Shown here: piece by piece, positions 29,801 through 38,296 of the stretch | How positions within the stretch are numbered: position 1 is the stretch's first letter | How the letters are laid out: each line of letters starts with the position of its first letter | Origin: Bacteroidota bacterium | GTDB taxonomy: Bacteria > Bacteroidota > Bacteroidia > Palsa-965 | NCBI GenBank assembly: GCA_016194975.1 | Contig: JACQAM010000007.1 | Coordinates: 255,947-319,946, forward strand | Length of the DNA stretch: 64,000 bases | Reading direction: 5' to 3' | Notes under the pieces: model-generated | Seen by the model: the letters and a program-made list of their open reading frames with translations, nothing else | What the model was told of the DNA's origin: nothing | Database searches by the model: none | Program-made: the position numbers and the translations under genes

Positions 29801-30560
29801 GGGATACAGCCAGGTCGTTACAAGAACAAATAATCTTACCTATACCAATCTTGGTGTTTTCACAGGAATATTATACAGCACTACTTACAATGTAGATATC
29901 TCTGCTTACGTAGGGGGAGTTTGGGGAGCTTATGGAAATGTATGCACACTCACTACACCACCAACACCAACTTCACAATTGACGGGCGCTTCCTGCGGAG
30001 CAACCGGTGTAACGAATGCTACTAATCTTTATTACTCTGCTGTTACCACTGCAACCAATTACAAGATCCGCATGTCGAATGCCGGCCTCGGTTACAGCCA
30101 GATTTTAACGAGAGGAAATAATTCAACCTACTACCGGATCAGTTCATTCACCGGGCTTCTCACGAACACCACTTACAACGTAGATATTTCTGCATACGTC
30201 GCTGGTGTGTGGGGCGCTTATGGAACTGTTTGTACGATCACCACAGCATCGGCGCTCAGATATGCTGCGCCCGATGATCCGAATGGAAATTCCGATGCAG
30301 CTTCTTTCAGTGTCTATCCGAATCCTTCGCCCAACGGATCATTCAACGTAAGTCTGAATTCATTCGGTAACGACCAGGGCAGTGCTCAGATAGAAATGTT
30401 CGACCTGCTCGGGAATCTCGTTTATGCGCAATCTTATGCATACAGTTACGGCGATATTATCACAGTGGAATCTCCTGCAGAATTAGTTACCGGAATTTAT
30501 GTGATGCGTATAACTGCAAATGGAATTTCAGTGAATGAAAAAGTTTCCATCGAACGATAA
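26850..30560 (+). CDS. giant secreted T9SS cargo protein: SBBP beta-propeller repeats, SprB repeats, Ig/FN3-like domains and Por C-terminal sorting domain
   Basis: Signal peptide. About 9 repeats of the (TADFDPGAGxANLxSAGxxDIFxAKY…) ~50-aa SBBP motif. At least 5 SprB-type ~85-aa repeats (SQTNVxCNGGxDGSATxxASGGTxxYTYSWxPSGG…TYTCTVTD). C-terminal type-A sorting tail. Confidence 0.8.
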   Translation: MKNLTSFRGTALLIATAISSLLFSQSPSYVWAKGVGGTGADQGMVNKTDGAGNVIVAGTFSGTADFDPGAGTANLISAGSTDIFIAKYNSTGDYTWAFGLGSTNSDSPGDFAIDGSNNIVVTGGFIGTVDFDPGAGVANLTSASGSTPDIFIAKYDASGNYVWAERIGSSTGGDQGKGIAFDSGGNIIISGYFFGTADFDPGAGTANLVSFGSFDACLAKYDASGNYIWAKKMGGVSSDQGGRIAIDGSGNIDFTGTFNGTADFDPSAGVANLTSAGATDIFLGQYNSSGSYLWADRIGGTLADQSSGIGTDGSNNVLLNGYFNGTADFDPGAGTANLVSAGGSDIFLGKYSSAGAYVWAGKMGGTLTDQGSGLVVDGSGNSYTTGLYTGAADFDPSAANANLISAGSTDAFMAMYNSSGAYVSAKSVGGTGGDAGNNITLNSSGDLIVAGYFSGTADFDPSAATANLVSAGSTDIFYGDYLMCTFATASLSSQTNVSCNGGSDGSATITAGGGSSFTYSWAPSGGTAATASGLTAATYTCTVTNQCGNTATQTVIITQPIAITSSISSQTNVTCNGGNDGSATVSASGGTGAFTYSWSPSGGSAATGTSLSAGTYTCTITDANGCTHTQTATITQPSGILSSISSQTDNTCFGGSSGSATVSASGGTGALTYSWSPSGGTASTASGLAAATYTCTITDASGCTHTQTVTITQPTIITTSVSSQSNVSCNGANDGSATIAASGGTPGYTYSWAPSGGSAASASGLSPGTYTVTVTDANGCVVTQTLTITEPAVLVASTGGNATICAGSSTTLTAGSSGGTAVVTFNWMPGSLSGSSVSVSPAATTTYTVTATDAHGCTSTATSTVTVNPLPTVTASASPASMCSGNSSTLTSTGATTYSWNPGSMSGASVSVSPVATTTYTVTGTDGNGCVNTATVTVTINNCAGSMLTPTWCGATLTSMTQNFYWTATSGATNYHIRVQNASLGYSQVVTRTNNLTYTNLGVFTGILYSTTYNVDISAYVGGVWGAYGNVCTLTTPPTPTSQLTGASCGATGVTNATNLYYSAVTTATNYKIRMSNAGLGYSQILTRGNNSTYYRISSFTGLLTNTTYNVDISAYVAGVWGAYGTVCTITTASALRYAAPDDPNGNSDAASFSVYPNPSPNGSFNVSLNSFGNDQGSAQIEMFDLLGNLVYAQSYAYSYGDIITVESPAELVTGIYVMRITANGISVNEKVSIER

Positions 30561-30583
30561 ATCATTGAAATTATTGCCAGGAA

Positions 30584-30610
30584 AACCTCCTTTCACCGGG
30601 AGGTTTTTTT
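30584..30610 (+). terminator. Rho-independent terminator
   Basis: AACCTCC-N8-GGAGGTT followed by T7. Confidence 0.6.
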
Positions 30611-30706
30611 ATGGAGATGTTTCAGCAGCATTTTTTTTCTCCTGCATTTATCCCTGCACGTATCTTTATTCCGATTTCAGCGTTATTCAATTATAACCAC
30701 AGATCC

Positions 30707-32173
30707 ATGCGGGGAAGCGGTATTATTTTTTTTCTGTCTTTCGTTTTCGTTCCGCTGACCGGAATTTCTGCGCCGGCATCGCAACAGGATTATAATCGTG
30801 CGCAATATTCTCTTTCCGTCAACCAGAAAAAAACAGAACGATTTTTTCCCGATACAATTTCAGGAACAGAATTTTTAAAACTGGAAACACCCTTCGCAAA
30901 AGCAGATTTCATTAATGAAAAAGAAATAACGAATCTGCGCGGACTTATCATCACCAAAGTTCAGCTCGTGTACACCACATTCGCCGTTTCTTCTTCGTTC
31001 AATCAGCAGCAACTGAATCTTCAGCGATTGAAAAATCTTTTCGCACTTGATCCCGGAATTTTTTCTTCTGCTCTTACCGAATGGCAACTCGTGGGACAAA
31101 CCGGCGCAACTTCACCTGAAACAGGAAGAACTTTTTTTCATGGGTTCGTCATCTATTATCGCCCGGCTTCTTCCGATGAAGAATTAAAAAACGAATTCAG
31201 TTATATCGAAAATATTTTCAGATCGGTTGATAAGAAAGGAAGTTCAGGAATTCATTCCGACAGCATTCGCACCGGCGATAAAATTCTCACACTTCCCGAT
31301 GGATCGAAGATCACGCTCGACCGGAATATCCCGGAAGACAGTTTGTGGAGATACCTCCGGCCTTCGTACAGGGGACTCAGCGTGATCGATGCGCGATATA
31401 ACAACAGGGAACATTCTTCCATTCGAGTAACTGAGCAGGCGCAAAACGGAAATAAACTCGTGCGCATCTGGAGCCTGGAAGATCATTATGCAAAACCGGA
31501 AGCAGAAAATGAATTCAAGCTGAATCCCAATGATCCCGATTCAGTTGTACTCTCCGCTTTTCACCGCAACAACTGGAAAAATACGATCATCGTTACCGAC
31601 GTCACATCGAGCATGTCGCCGTACACCGCTCAAACACTTTCCATCATTTCTTCATTGACATCGCAGAAAAAAATTGCGGCCTGTATTTTTTTCAACGACG
31701 GAGACGGAAAAAAAACAGAGAAAAAAAATATCGGAAGTACGGGAGGCATTTATATGTGTACTGCTGATTCTTTCGATACGATCCTCAACACCGCTCAACT
31801 TGCAATGAAAAACGGGAATGGCGGTGATATTCCGGAAAATGATCTTGAGGCAATAATTTACGGCGTGAATAAAATAAATTCGGTGAGCGACGTTGTGCTT
31901 ATCGCAGATAATTATTCTTCGCCGCGCGATCTCGAACTCGCCGATAAGATAGGCAGGCCGGTTCACATTATTCTCTGCGGTGCGCGCGTTGCAGTAAATC
32001 CTGATTATCTTTTTCTCGCGCGACAAACCGGCGGAAGCATTCACACACTGACGCAGGATATTTATGATCTCGATAAATTGAAAGACGGTGATGTGATCGT
32101 GATTGGCCGGCAACATTTTCTCCTGCACGGCGAACATTTTGTTTGCACCGATACATGGGATGATCCTAAGTAG
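30707..32173 (+). CDS. secreted von Willebrand factor type A (vWA) domain protein
   Basis: Signal peptide from the ATG at 30707 (MRGSGIIFFLSFVFVPLTG). MIDAS motif DVTSSMS (DxSxS) followed by a vWA-like alpha/beta segment. N-terminal half uncharacterised. Confidence 0.55.
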   Translation: MRGSGIIFFLSFVFVPLTGISAPASQQDYNRAQYSLSVNQKKTERFFPDTISGTEFLKLETPFAKADFINEKEITNLRGLIITKVQLVYTTFAVSSSFNQQQLNLQRLKNLFALDPGIFSSALTEWQLVGQTGATSPETGRTFFHGFVIYYRPASSDEELKNEFSYIENIFRSVDKKGSSGIHSDSIRTGDKILTLPDGSKITLDRNIPEDSLWRYLRPSYRGLSVIDARYNNREHSSIRVTEQAQNGNKLVRIWSLEDHYAKPEAENEFKLNPNDPDSVVLSAFHRNNWKNTIIVTDVTSSMSPYTAQTLSIISSLTSQKKIAACIFFNDGDGKKTEKKNIGSTGGIYMCTADSFDTILNTAQLAMKNGNGGDIPENDLEAIIYGVNKINSVSDVVLIADNYSSPRDLELADKIGRPVHIILCGARVAVNPDYLFLARQTGGSIHTLTQDIYDLDKLKDGDVIVIGRQHFLLHGEHFVCTDTWDDPK

Positions 32174-32301
32174 TACGAAATACGAAAATTCTACTAAAAG
32201 TTACTAAATACGAATTGATACGAAAAACGGAAACCTAGCCAAAATTCTGTTAGCGGAAAAGTTCATCTTCCATACAATAATTCCTTTCGTACTTTCGTAG
32301 G
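32171..32301. repeat. element bounded by inverted TACGAAA(T/G)ACGAAA repeats
   Basis: Left TAGTACGAAATACGAAAATT; right reverse-complement CCTACGAAAGTACGAAAGG. An internal TACGAATTGATACGAAAAACG lies between them. Confidence 0.45.
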
Positions 32302-32319
32302 TGTTTAGCATTTAGTAAC

Positions 32320-32751
32320 ATGAAAGAAAACGAACTCGCTGAAAAAGTTGTCTCAAAAATGTACGACAACGATTGGTTTTCCCAATGGCTCGGAATAGAA
32401 CGGTTGAAAGTGGAACCGGGAAGTTGCATTCTTAAAATGACGGTGAGAAAAGAAATGCTCAACGGATTTGCGATCGCGCACGGGGGCATCACCTACTCGC
32501 TCGCGGATAGCGCGCTCGCGTTCGCGTCGAACAGCCACGGAAAAAAAGCAGTGTCGGTGGAAACTTCCATTTCTCATCTCGAACAATTGCACGAAGGCGA
32601 CGTGATCACTGCCGTTGCAGAAGAAAAAAGCAGGTCGAATAAAATTGCCGTTTATCACATCACAGTAAAAAATCAGAAAGAAGAAATTGTTGCGCTGTTT
32701 AAAGGAACTGTTTACCGCATGAGCAAGGATTGGTTTCCTGCTGCGGAATAA
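32320..32751 (+). CDS. PaaI-family hotdog-fold thioesterase
   Basis: 143 aa. The pattern …NGFAIAHGGITYSLADSALAFASNS…GDVITAVAEE… is typical of PaaI/YigI thioesterases. Confidence 0.8.
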   Translation: MKENELAEKVVSKMYDNDWFSQWLGIERLKVEPGSCILKMTVRKEMLNGFAIAHGGITYSLADSALAFASNSHGKKAVSVETSISHLEQLHEGDVITAVAEEKSRSNKIAVYHITVKNQKEEIVALFKGTVYRMSKDWFPAAE

Positions 32752-32948
32752 TTTTTTTTTCTAACTGCCGCTGCTTCCTTTTGCCGCTACAATTGATACA
32801 CTCTCTTTTTTACAAAGGAGATTTCAGTAGAACAAAAAATAATATTGCCACAGATCTTCACTGATTATTTTCACACCTGCCCGCCTTCCATTTCTGTGTT
32901 TTTAGAGATGCCCTAATTATTATCCTGACTTCCGCTTCTGACTTCTGC

Positions 32949-33902
32949 TTACTTTTTCCTCTTCACTTTTCCATTGAGCGAATTGCGTTCCCAGAAAAAT
33001 CCATCATGATATCCCTGTATGGAATTATCTTTTTTGATCTTTAAAATTCTTTTTTCTCCCCAGCAGCAATACTCGGCGTTCATTTCGATGCCGCAATAAT
33101 GCCGGCCGAGTTTTTTTGCAACAACGGAAGTCGTTCCTGAACCAACGAACGGATCGAAAACAATTCCGTTTTCCGGGCAACTTGCGAGAATGAGTTTAGC
33201 AATGAGTTTTTCCGGTTTCTGCGTCGGATGATCGGTATTCTCCGGCATGGACCAGTACGGAACGGTGATATCGTCCCAGAAATTAGAAGGGAAAGTCATT
33301 CTGAAATTTCCGTGTTCGGTTTCTTCCCATCCTTTCGGTTGCCCATTCACTTTGTAAGGCGCAATGACTTTGCGTTTCAGTTTTACTGCATCGACATCGA
33401 AAAAATATTTTTTTTCATTCCTCACACCGAACCAGATATCTTCCATTCCGTTCTTCCAGTTCTTCGAAGCGCCGCGGCCTTTTTCACGCTGCCACGTAAT
33501 CCGATTAAGCACAAAAAGATTTTCCGACATCACCTGTTGCAACATCATCGTATTTTTCCAGTCACCGCAGAGATAAAGTGAGCCGTTTGGTTTCAAACAT
33601 TTCACAATGCGCGGGAACCAGGAGCGGAGATAACTGAGATAATTTTCGTCGGAAGAATTGCGGAAACGATAACCGTGAAAATCTTTATTGAGATTGTAAG
33701 GTGGATCAACGATAATAAGATCGGCAAAACGCTCAGGAAGATGATTGACCACGCTGAGCAAGTCGGCGCAAATAGTTTTATCGGAAATATTTTTTTTTGT
33801 GAGTATCGTTCCGTTATTGAAAAAAAGAATTCTCTTCCTGAGTTTTTTTTTCTCGGGAGGAAGCAAAGTGAGCGTACGGTTTCGCGGTGCTCTTTTTTTC
33901 AT
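32949..33902 (-). CDS. DNA methyltransferase (N6-adenine/N4-cytosine, beta-class; ParB-less orphan)
   Basis: Catalytic motif IV IIVDPPYNL and the C-terminal SAM-binding motif I FDPFVGSGTT (beta-class order). No adjacent restriction endonuclease recognisable. Start moved to the ATG at 33902. Confidence 0.85.
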   Translation of the reverse strand: MKKRAPRNRTLTLLPPEKKKLRKRILFFNNGTILTKKNISDKTICADLLSVVNHLPERFADLIIVDPPYNLNKDFHGYRFRNSSDENYLSYLRSWFPRIVKCLKPNGSLYLCGDWKNTMMLQQVMSENLFVLNRITWQREKGRGASKNWKNGMEDIWFGVRNEKKYFFDVDAVKLKRKVIAPYKVNGQPKGWEETEHGNFRMTFPSNFWDDITVPYWSMPENTDHPTQKPEKLIAKLILASCPENGIVFDPFVGSGTTSVVAKKLGRHYCGIEMNAEYCCWGEKRILKIKKDNSIQGYHDGFFWERNSLNGKVKRKK

Positions 33903-34005
33903 TGCGGAAGTTTTCGCCCCGCAAAAATAAGAGCATTGTGACAGGAATGACTTTTCTATTGAAGAATTATCGGAACTTATCTTGCAAATTGGCATTTCAC
34001 CACTA

Positions 34006-34106
34006 AAATCCCAAATGAAAAACCCCAAATTCCAAACAAGGAGTATTCTTCGTCGATTTTCGGAATGCTGGATTTCTCTATTTGGAATTTTTGATTTGGA
34101 ATTTTC
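34006..34106. repeat. CCAAATTCCAAA / TTTGGAATTTTTGATTTGG intergenic element
   Basis: The 12-mer CCAAATTCCAAA and a GATTTGG-type tail are shared with 54528-54612. Similar GATTTG units lie at 8506-8588. Confidence 0.4.
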
Positions 34107-34109
34107 AGG

Positions 34110-35666
34110 TTACCTGTTTTCTTCCCGGTTCCCGTTATTTTTCTTCATCACCTCTGCAAATCGTTCCCCTGTAATGCGGCTCTGCATCCATACAGTAAAA
34201 TCAAAATAATCAAGGATGCGTTTTTCCGCAGGCGATTCCGCAAGTTTCAGCATTTCGTCGCGCAAAGGAATAAGGGCGTTCTTCAATTCATTTTCGGTGT
34301 GGATACCCGGAAGATCTTTCCGCAGAAAACGAAGAAGAAGCATCTCGATCCCGGAAATATTTTTCTTTTTTACAAGATACCGGTAAGCCGACCTCACAAA
34401 ATATTCCATGGACGATTCCGTTCCGAGTTCAAAATGAAGAATGAGATTCAGCAAATGCGAAATGCCGGTGATGTCCTGCCGTGCTTCCGATCTTTCATTC
34501 AGAATACGATTAATCCATTGCAAGGATCTCCGGAATTCCCCGGCGCCGAAATAAGTGTAGGCAAAACTGTAGCGATAACTTGCCTGTGTGCTCGCCGGAA
34601 TTTCTTCACCCATCGATTCGAATGGTTGCGTGATCTGCTCCACTAATTTTTTTCCTTCTGCGAATTCTCCGGAGTGAATGTAATAATGCAACATGGAACT
34701 GCATGCACCGAGCAATCTCACCTGCACCGTATGATTTGATTTCCATCGTTCATCTTCCAGCATGATGAGAACTTTTGAAAAAGTAGAATGCAGGTCGCGG
34801 AAATGTTGTGTGTATTCGCAAGTGACAATGAAGTTGGCCAGCGCTGAAGCATACAATTGCGGTGCGAGTGCGATCTGTACAGGATTTTTTTCGATGTGAA
34901 GGATCAGTGCTCTTCGCTCGGAGAAGGTGGAATTCCAATCGCTCTTCATCATGTGATACATTCCCATCAGGTTGTGATAAAAATAATATTCCTGGTAAGC
35001 ATCCGGTTTCGCGATCTCACCTTTGCGCAATGGTTCTATTATTTTTTCCAGCGAACGAATGTCTTCTTCCTTCGACAACATTCCTTTCGACACGAACAAA
35101 CGATGAATGCGGTGAAGTAAAGTCCGATAACGATTAATGGTACGTACCGTTTTCAAAACGCGTTCACCTTCTTCGAGCAATTCTTCCACTTCATTTTCTT
35201 CTCTCGGAATATTCAGCGTTTCATTCAGCACACGTTCTTCCCAGGAGATCAATTCATACAGCAACACATGCCGCTGAAGTTCTTTCGCTTTTCTTTTTGT
35301 TTTGCGGATGAGTTTGAGGCATTGCTTCATCAAACGTTTTTCATACAGCACTTCGATCTCGCTGAGAATATTCCGCATGCGCATCTCTTCGCCCGAGTAG
35401 GCGTGCGCAACGCGCAGGGATTCGATCACCAGGTCGTGAAGATATTTTTTCAGATTTGCGAAACGTGCGGAAGTGAGTTGTGGAAATTTTTTACGAATCT
35501 TTTTTTCGTCATAAATTTTCTGCGAAAGCAAAGCGTTGAAAAGCTGCACATAAATTTTTCCACCCGCACGCTCATGCCCTGACACGAATGCGTGAAATTT
35601 TTTGCGTTCAGAGACATTCAGCGAACGCACCAATTCATGAAGATCGGAGGTAGGAATACGGGACAT
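34110..35666 (-). CDS. hypothetical 518-aa all-alpha (TPR-like) protein
   Basis: No signal peptide, no Walker motifs and no nuclease motif recognised. Composition suggests repeated helical hairpins. Sits immediately upstream of the DNA methyltransferase on the same strand. Confidence 0.45.
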   Translation of the reverse strand: MSRIPTSDLHELVRSLNVSERKKFHAFVSGHERAGGKIYVQLFNALLSQKIYDEKKIRKKFPQLTSARFANLKKYLHDLVIESLRVAHAYSGEEMRMRNILSEIEVLYEKRLMKQCLKLIRKTKRKAKELQRHVLLYELISWEERVLNETLNIPREENEVEELLEEGERVLKTVRTINRYRTLLHRIHRLFVSKGMLSKEEDIRSLEKIIEPLRKGEIAKPDAYQEYYFYHNLMGMYHMMKSDWNSTFSERRALILHIEKNPVQIALAPQLYASALANFIVTCEYTQHFRDLHSTFSKVLIMLEDERWKSNHTVQVRLLGACSSMLHYYIHSGEFAEGKKLVEQITQPFESMGEEIPASTQASYRYSFAYTYFGAGEFRRSLQWINRILNERSEARQDITGISHLLNLILHFELGTESSMEYFVRSAYRYLVKKKNISGIEMLLLRFLRKDLPGIHTENELKNALIPLRDEMLKLAESPAEKRILDYFDFTVWMQSRITGERFAEVMKKNNGNREENR

Positions 35667-35872
35667 TTTTCGGAATATTTCAGTTCAGAATGATCGATTT
35701 GTTTTATTATAAATAATTAGTTTTAGTCATTTATTTTCAATGCTTTATATAATTATTATTTCATTTGAATTCAAATATAAAAGAAATTATGAATTGGACG
35801 CACATATAGGTCGTTCTACATTTGATTCATCAACCCGTTTATTTTTTTTCCTAAGAACCAAAACCGAAACTC

Positions 35873-36721
35873 ATGAAAAAAATCTACTCACTCACTTCGA
35901 TCGGGATGCTGCTTTTCTGCGCAAATATTTCTGCGCAATGGTGCACACCGACAACTGCGATCCCTTATGATGCGAATATGCCGGGTGTAACGCATTACAT
36001 CTGCAACACGATCAACCGCACTTCTGCTGCCTGCGAAAATTATCCGAACAATAACTATGTTCTCGCAACAAACACTACGACGCTTACACGCGGCTCAGCA
36101 TACAACGTGTCGATCACTTTCACGATTGACGCAAGTATTTGTCCCGATATGAATCTTCGTGTGTGGATCGATTACAACCAGGACGGACAATTGGATGATC
36201 CGGGCGAAACGGTGGTCACCGCGAATAATCAGTTGCCGGGAACTTACAGTGCATCTATCACTATTCCTGCAACAGCAACACTCGGAAGTACGCGTATGCG
36301 CGTGACTGCAAAAATGACTTCGAATGGCGGGCACACACTTCCAACTCCGTGCGACAACCCTGCAGATCCGCTGGGCTATCACGGAGAATTTGAAGATTAC
36401 AATGTGACGATCAGCGCACCAACGGGAATCGATCAGGTTAATGATCTTATCTCTTCGCTGAATGCTGTTCCGAATCCGGGAACGATAGACAACACTGTGA
36501 TCCATTATTCGCTTGCGAATGCATCACCGGTGAATATTACGATGACCAACATTGCCGGGCAAACAATAACCCTCGCTGCCAGTGAAAATCCGCAGGTAGC
36601 CGGCGATCACTACATCTCCCTAACGGATGTGGGCACAACGATCCCTTCAGGAATATATCTCGTGTCCCTGAACGCCGGAAACCAAAGGCAGACTATGCGG
36701 ATTGTTATTCTCAACGAATAA
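35873..36721 (+). CDS. secreted GEVED-domain protein with T9SS C-terminal sorting domain
   Basis: Signal peptide. Motif GEFEDYNVTI (GEVED-type) at the end of the N-terminal domain. C-terminal Por tail (…VPNPGT…GIYLVSLNAGNQRQTMRIVILNE). Confidence 0.7.
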   Translation: MKKIYSLTSIGMLLFCANISAQWCTPTTAIPYDANMPGVTHYICNTINRTSAACENYPNNNYVLATNTTTLTRGSAYNVSITFTIDASICPDMNLRVWIDYNQDGQLDDPGETVVTANNQLPGTYSASITIPATATLGSTRMRVTAKMTSNGGHTLPTPCDNPADPLGYHGEFEDYNVTISAPTGIDQVNDLISSLNAVPNPGTIDNTVIHYSLANASPVNITMTNIAGQTITLAASENPQVAGDHYISLTDVGTTIPSGIYLVSLNAGNQRQTMRIVILNE

Positions 36722-36738
36722 TAACTGTCAATGAACGA

Positions 36739-36785
36739 AGCGTCCCGTCCCACGGCAAACAGGGATCGGGGCGCTTTTTATTTTT
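36739..36785 (+). terminator. Rho-independent terminator
   Basis: AGCGTCCCG-N19-CGGGGCGCT (one G·U pair) followed by TTTTTATTTTT. Confidence 0.6.
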
Positions 36786-36797
36786 ACATTTATTCAA

Positions 36798-37148
36798 ATG
36801 AAATACGCGCTGCTGCTTACTCCTTTTTTATTTTTCATTTGCATTGATTCCTGTAAATACGACAAAGCGAATCCCATTCCCGGATGTACTGCAGCGAATT
36901 CATCCTGGTCGCATTCGGTGAATTCGATCGTACAATCGAAATGCGCAGTGAGCGGATGTCATGTGAACGGTGCGTACACGGGCGACTTCACCACGTGGGG
37001 CGGAGTTAAAATGCGGGTTGATGACGGAACTTTCAAATCGCGCGTATTCGATCTTCACGTAATGCCGCCCGCAGCTTCCCCGCAATTGACGAGTGAAGAA
37101 TATCAGTCATTGAAGTGCTGGTATGATGCAGGGGCTCCTAACAACTAG
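36798..37148 (+). CDS. small lipoprotein with a C-x4-CH motif
   Basis: Lipobox …FICIDSC. Motif CAVSGCH. Called by position and the Cys pattern only. Confidence 0.45.
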   Translation: MKYALLLTPFLFFICIDSCKYDKANPIPGCTAANSSWSHSVNSIVQSKCAVSGCHVNGAYTGDFTTWGGVKMRVDDGTFKSRVFDLHVMPPAASPQLTSEEYQSLKCWYDAGAPNN

Positions 37149-37207
37149 TCATTGGTAATTGTGTTTCGCTAATTGAATTCTCCGAATGACTATTGACCAA
37201 TGGCCAA

Positions 37208-38170
37208 TCACTTTTTCTTTTTCCCTTCCGAAATCATCATCTGCGGATCTTTCTTTTTCGAAAAAATATTTCTGAACGGGTAGATCATCTGTCCCATGAA
37301 ATTCTGCGGAACCTCTTTATCGGGAACTCCGAGTTGCGGTTGAATTTTAGGGTCGCCGGGCAAATAAAAAGTCCGGAAGAGAAGATCCCAGAAAACAAGA
37401 ACAGATGCGTAGTTCACTCCAAATTTTCGCGGAATATTTTTTGCATGATGCCAGTAATGCGTGTTCGGTGTGATGATGATCTTATTCAGTATCCCGAAAT
37501 TTACTTTCACATTGCAATGAGAAAAGAAAACGAGAAAATAGGCGATCCACATATAAAGCGCAGTGCAGACAATATATTTTTCGTCGGAATAGCCGAGCAA
37601 TCCCATCGGTATCCATCCGAACGGGCGCAGCACAAGATATTCCATGAAATGAAAATGCCGCGTTGATGCAAAGCCAAGCGTTTCCTGCGCGTGATGAATT
37701 TTGTGAAAACGCCAGAAGAAATTGATGCGGTGCAGAAGATAATGCGCAATGAATTGCGAAAAATCCATCACAATGAAAAATACCAGGAATTGAAGAATGA
37801 ACGGAAGTTTACCCAGGTTCGCCAATGGAAAACTAACGCCGATATTTTTCATGCCATTCGTGAAAACAAATTCGATCGTGTACGTGAGCGCGATAAAACC
37901 GATGATGCCGAAAAGAAAATCGATGAAGAATAAATAAAACAGGTCGAGAAAAAAACCCTTTCGCCCGAGCACCGAATAATTTTTATTCCTCGGAAGTATT
38001 TGCTCGAAAATAAAAGTCGTGATCCACACTACAATGAGCGCCCAGAACGGATTTTCCCAGAATTTATAATTCTGTCCCGACGGATGCCGGATCATGGTGA
38101 TCACCGCATCCGGAACCTTGCTGAATAAACTGGAAAAATATCCGCTGATAGTATCGGTGGAAAGCTGCAT
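37208..38170 (-). CDS. sterol desaturase / fatty-acid hydroxylase superfamily membrane protein
   Basis: Histidine boxes HRINFFWRFHKIHH and HYWHH. Multiple transmembrane helices. Confidence 0.8.
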   Translation of the reverse strand: MQLSTDTISGYFSSLFSKVPDAVITMIRHPSGQNYKFWENPFWALIVVWITTFIFEQILPRNKNYSVLGRKGFFLDLFYLFFIDFLFGIIGFIALTYTIEFVFTNGMKNIGVSFPLANLGKLPFILQFLVFFIVMDFSQFIAHYLLHRINFFWRFHKIHHAQETLGFASTRHFHFMEYLVLRPFGWIPMGLLGYSDEKYIVCTALYMWIAYFLVFFSHCNVKVNFGILNKIIITPNTHYWHHAKNIPRKFGVNYASVLVFWDLLFRTFYLPGDPKIQPQLGVPDKEVPQNFMGQMIYPFRNIFSKKKDPQMMISEGKKKK

Positions 38171-38245
38171 AGTACGAATTACTGTTGTACGAATTACGAA
38201 TTTCTCGAAGTACGAAATACGAATAAGCGAATTTACGAAATGGGA
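38171..38245. repeat. direct repeats of GTACGAAT/TACGAAA units in the upstream region of the desaturase gene
   Basis: AGTACGAATTAC…GTACGAATTACGAATTT…GTACGAAATACGAATAAGCGAATTTACGAAATG. Confidence 0.45.
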
Positions 38246-38296
38246 AAGTGAAATGGTAAATCAATTCCACAGTACACCGCTTTTTATCCTATCCTG

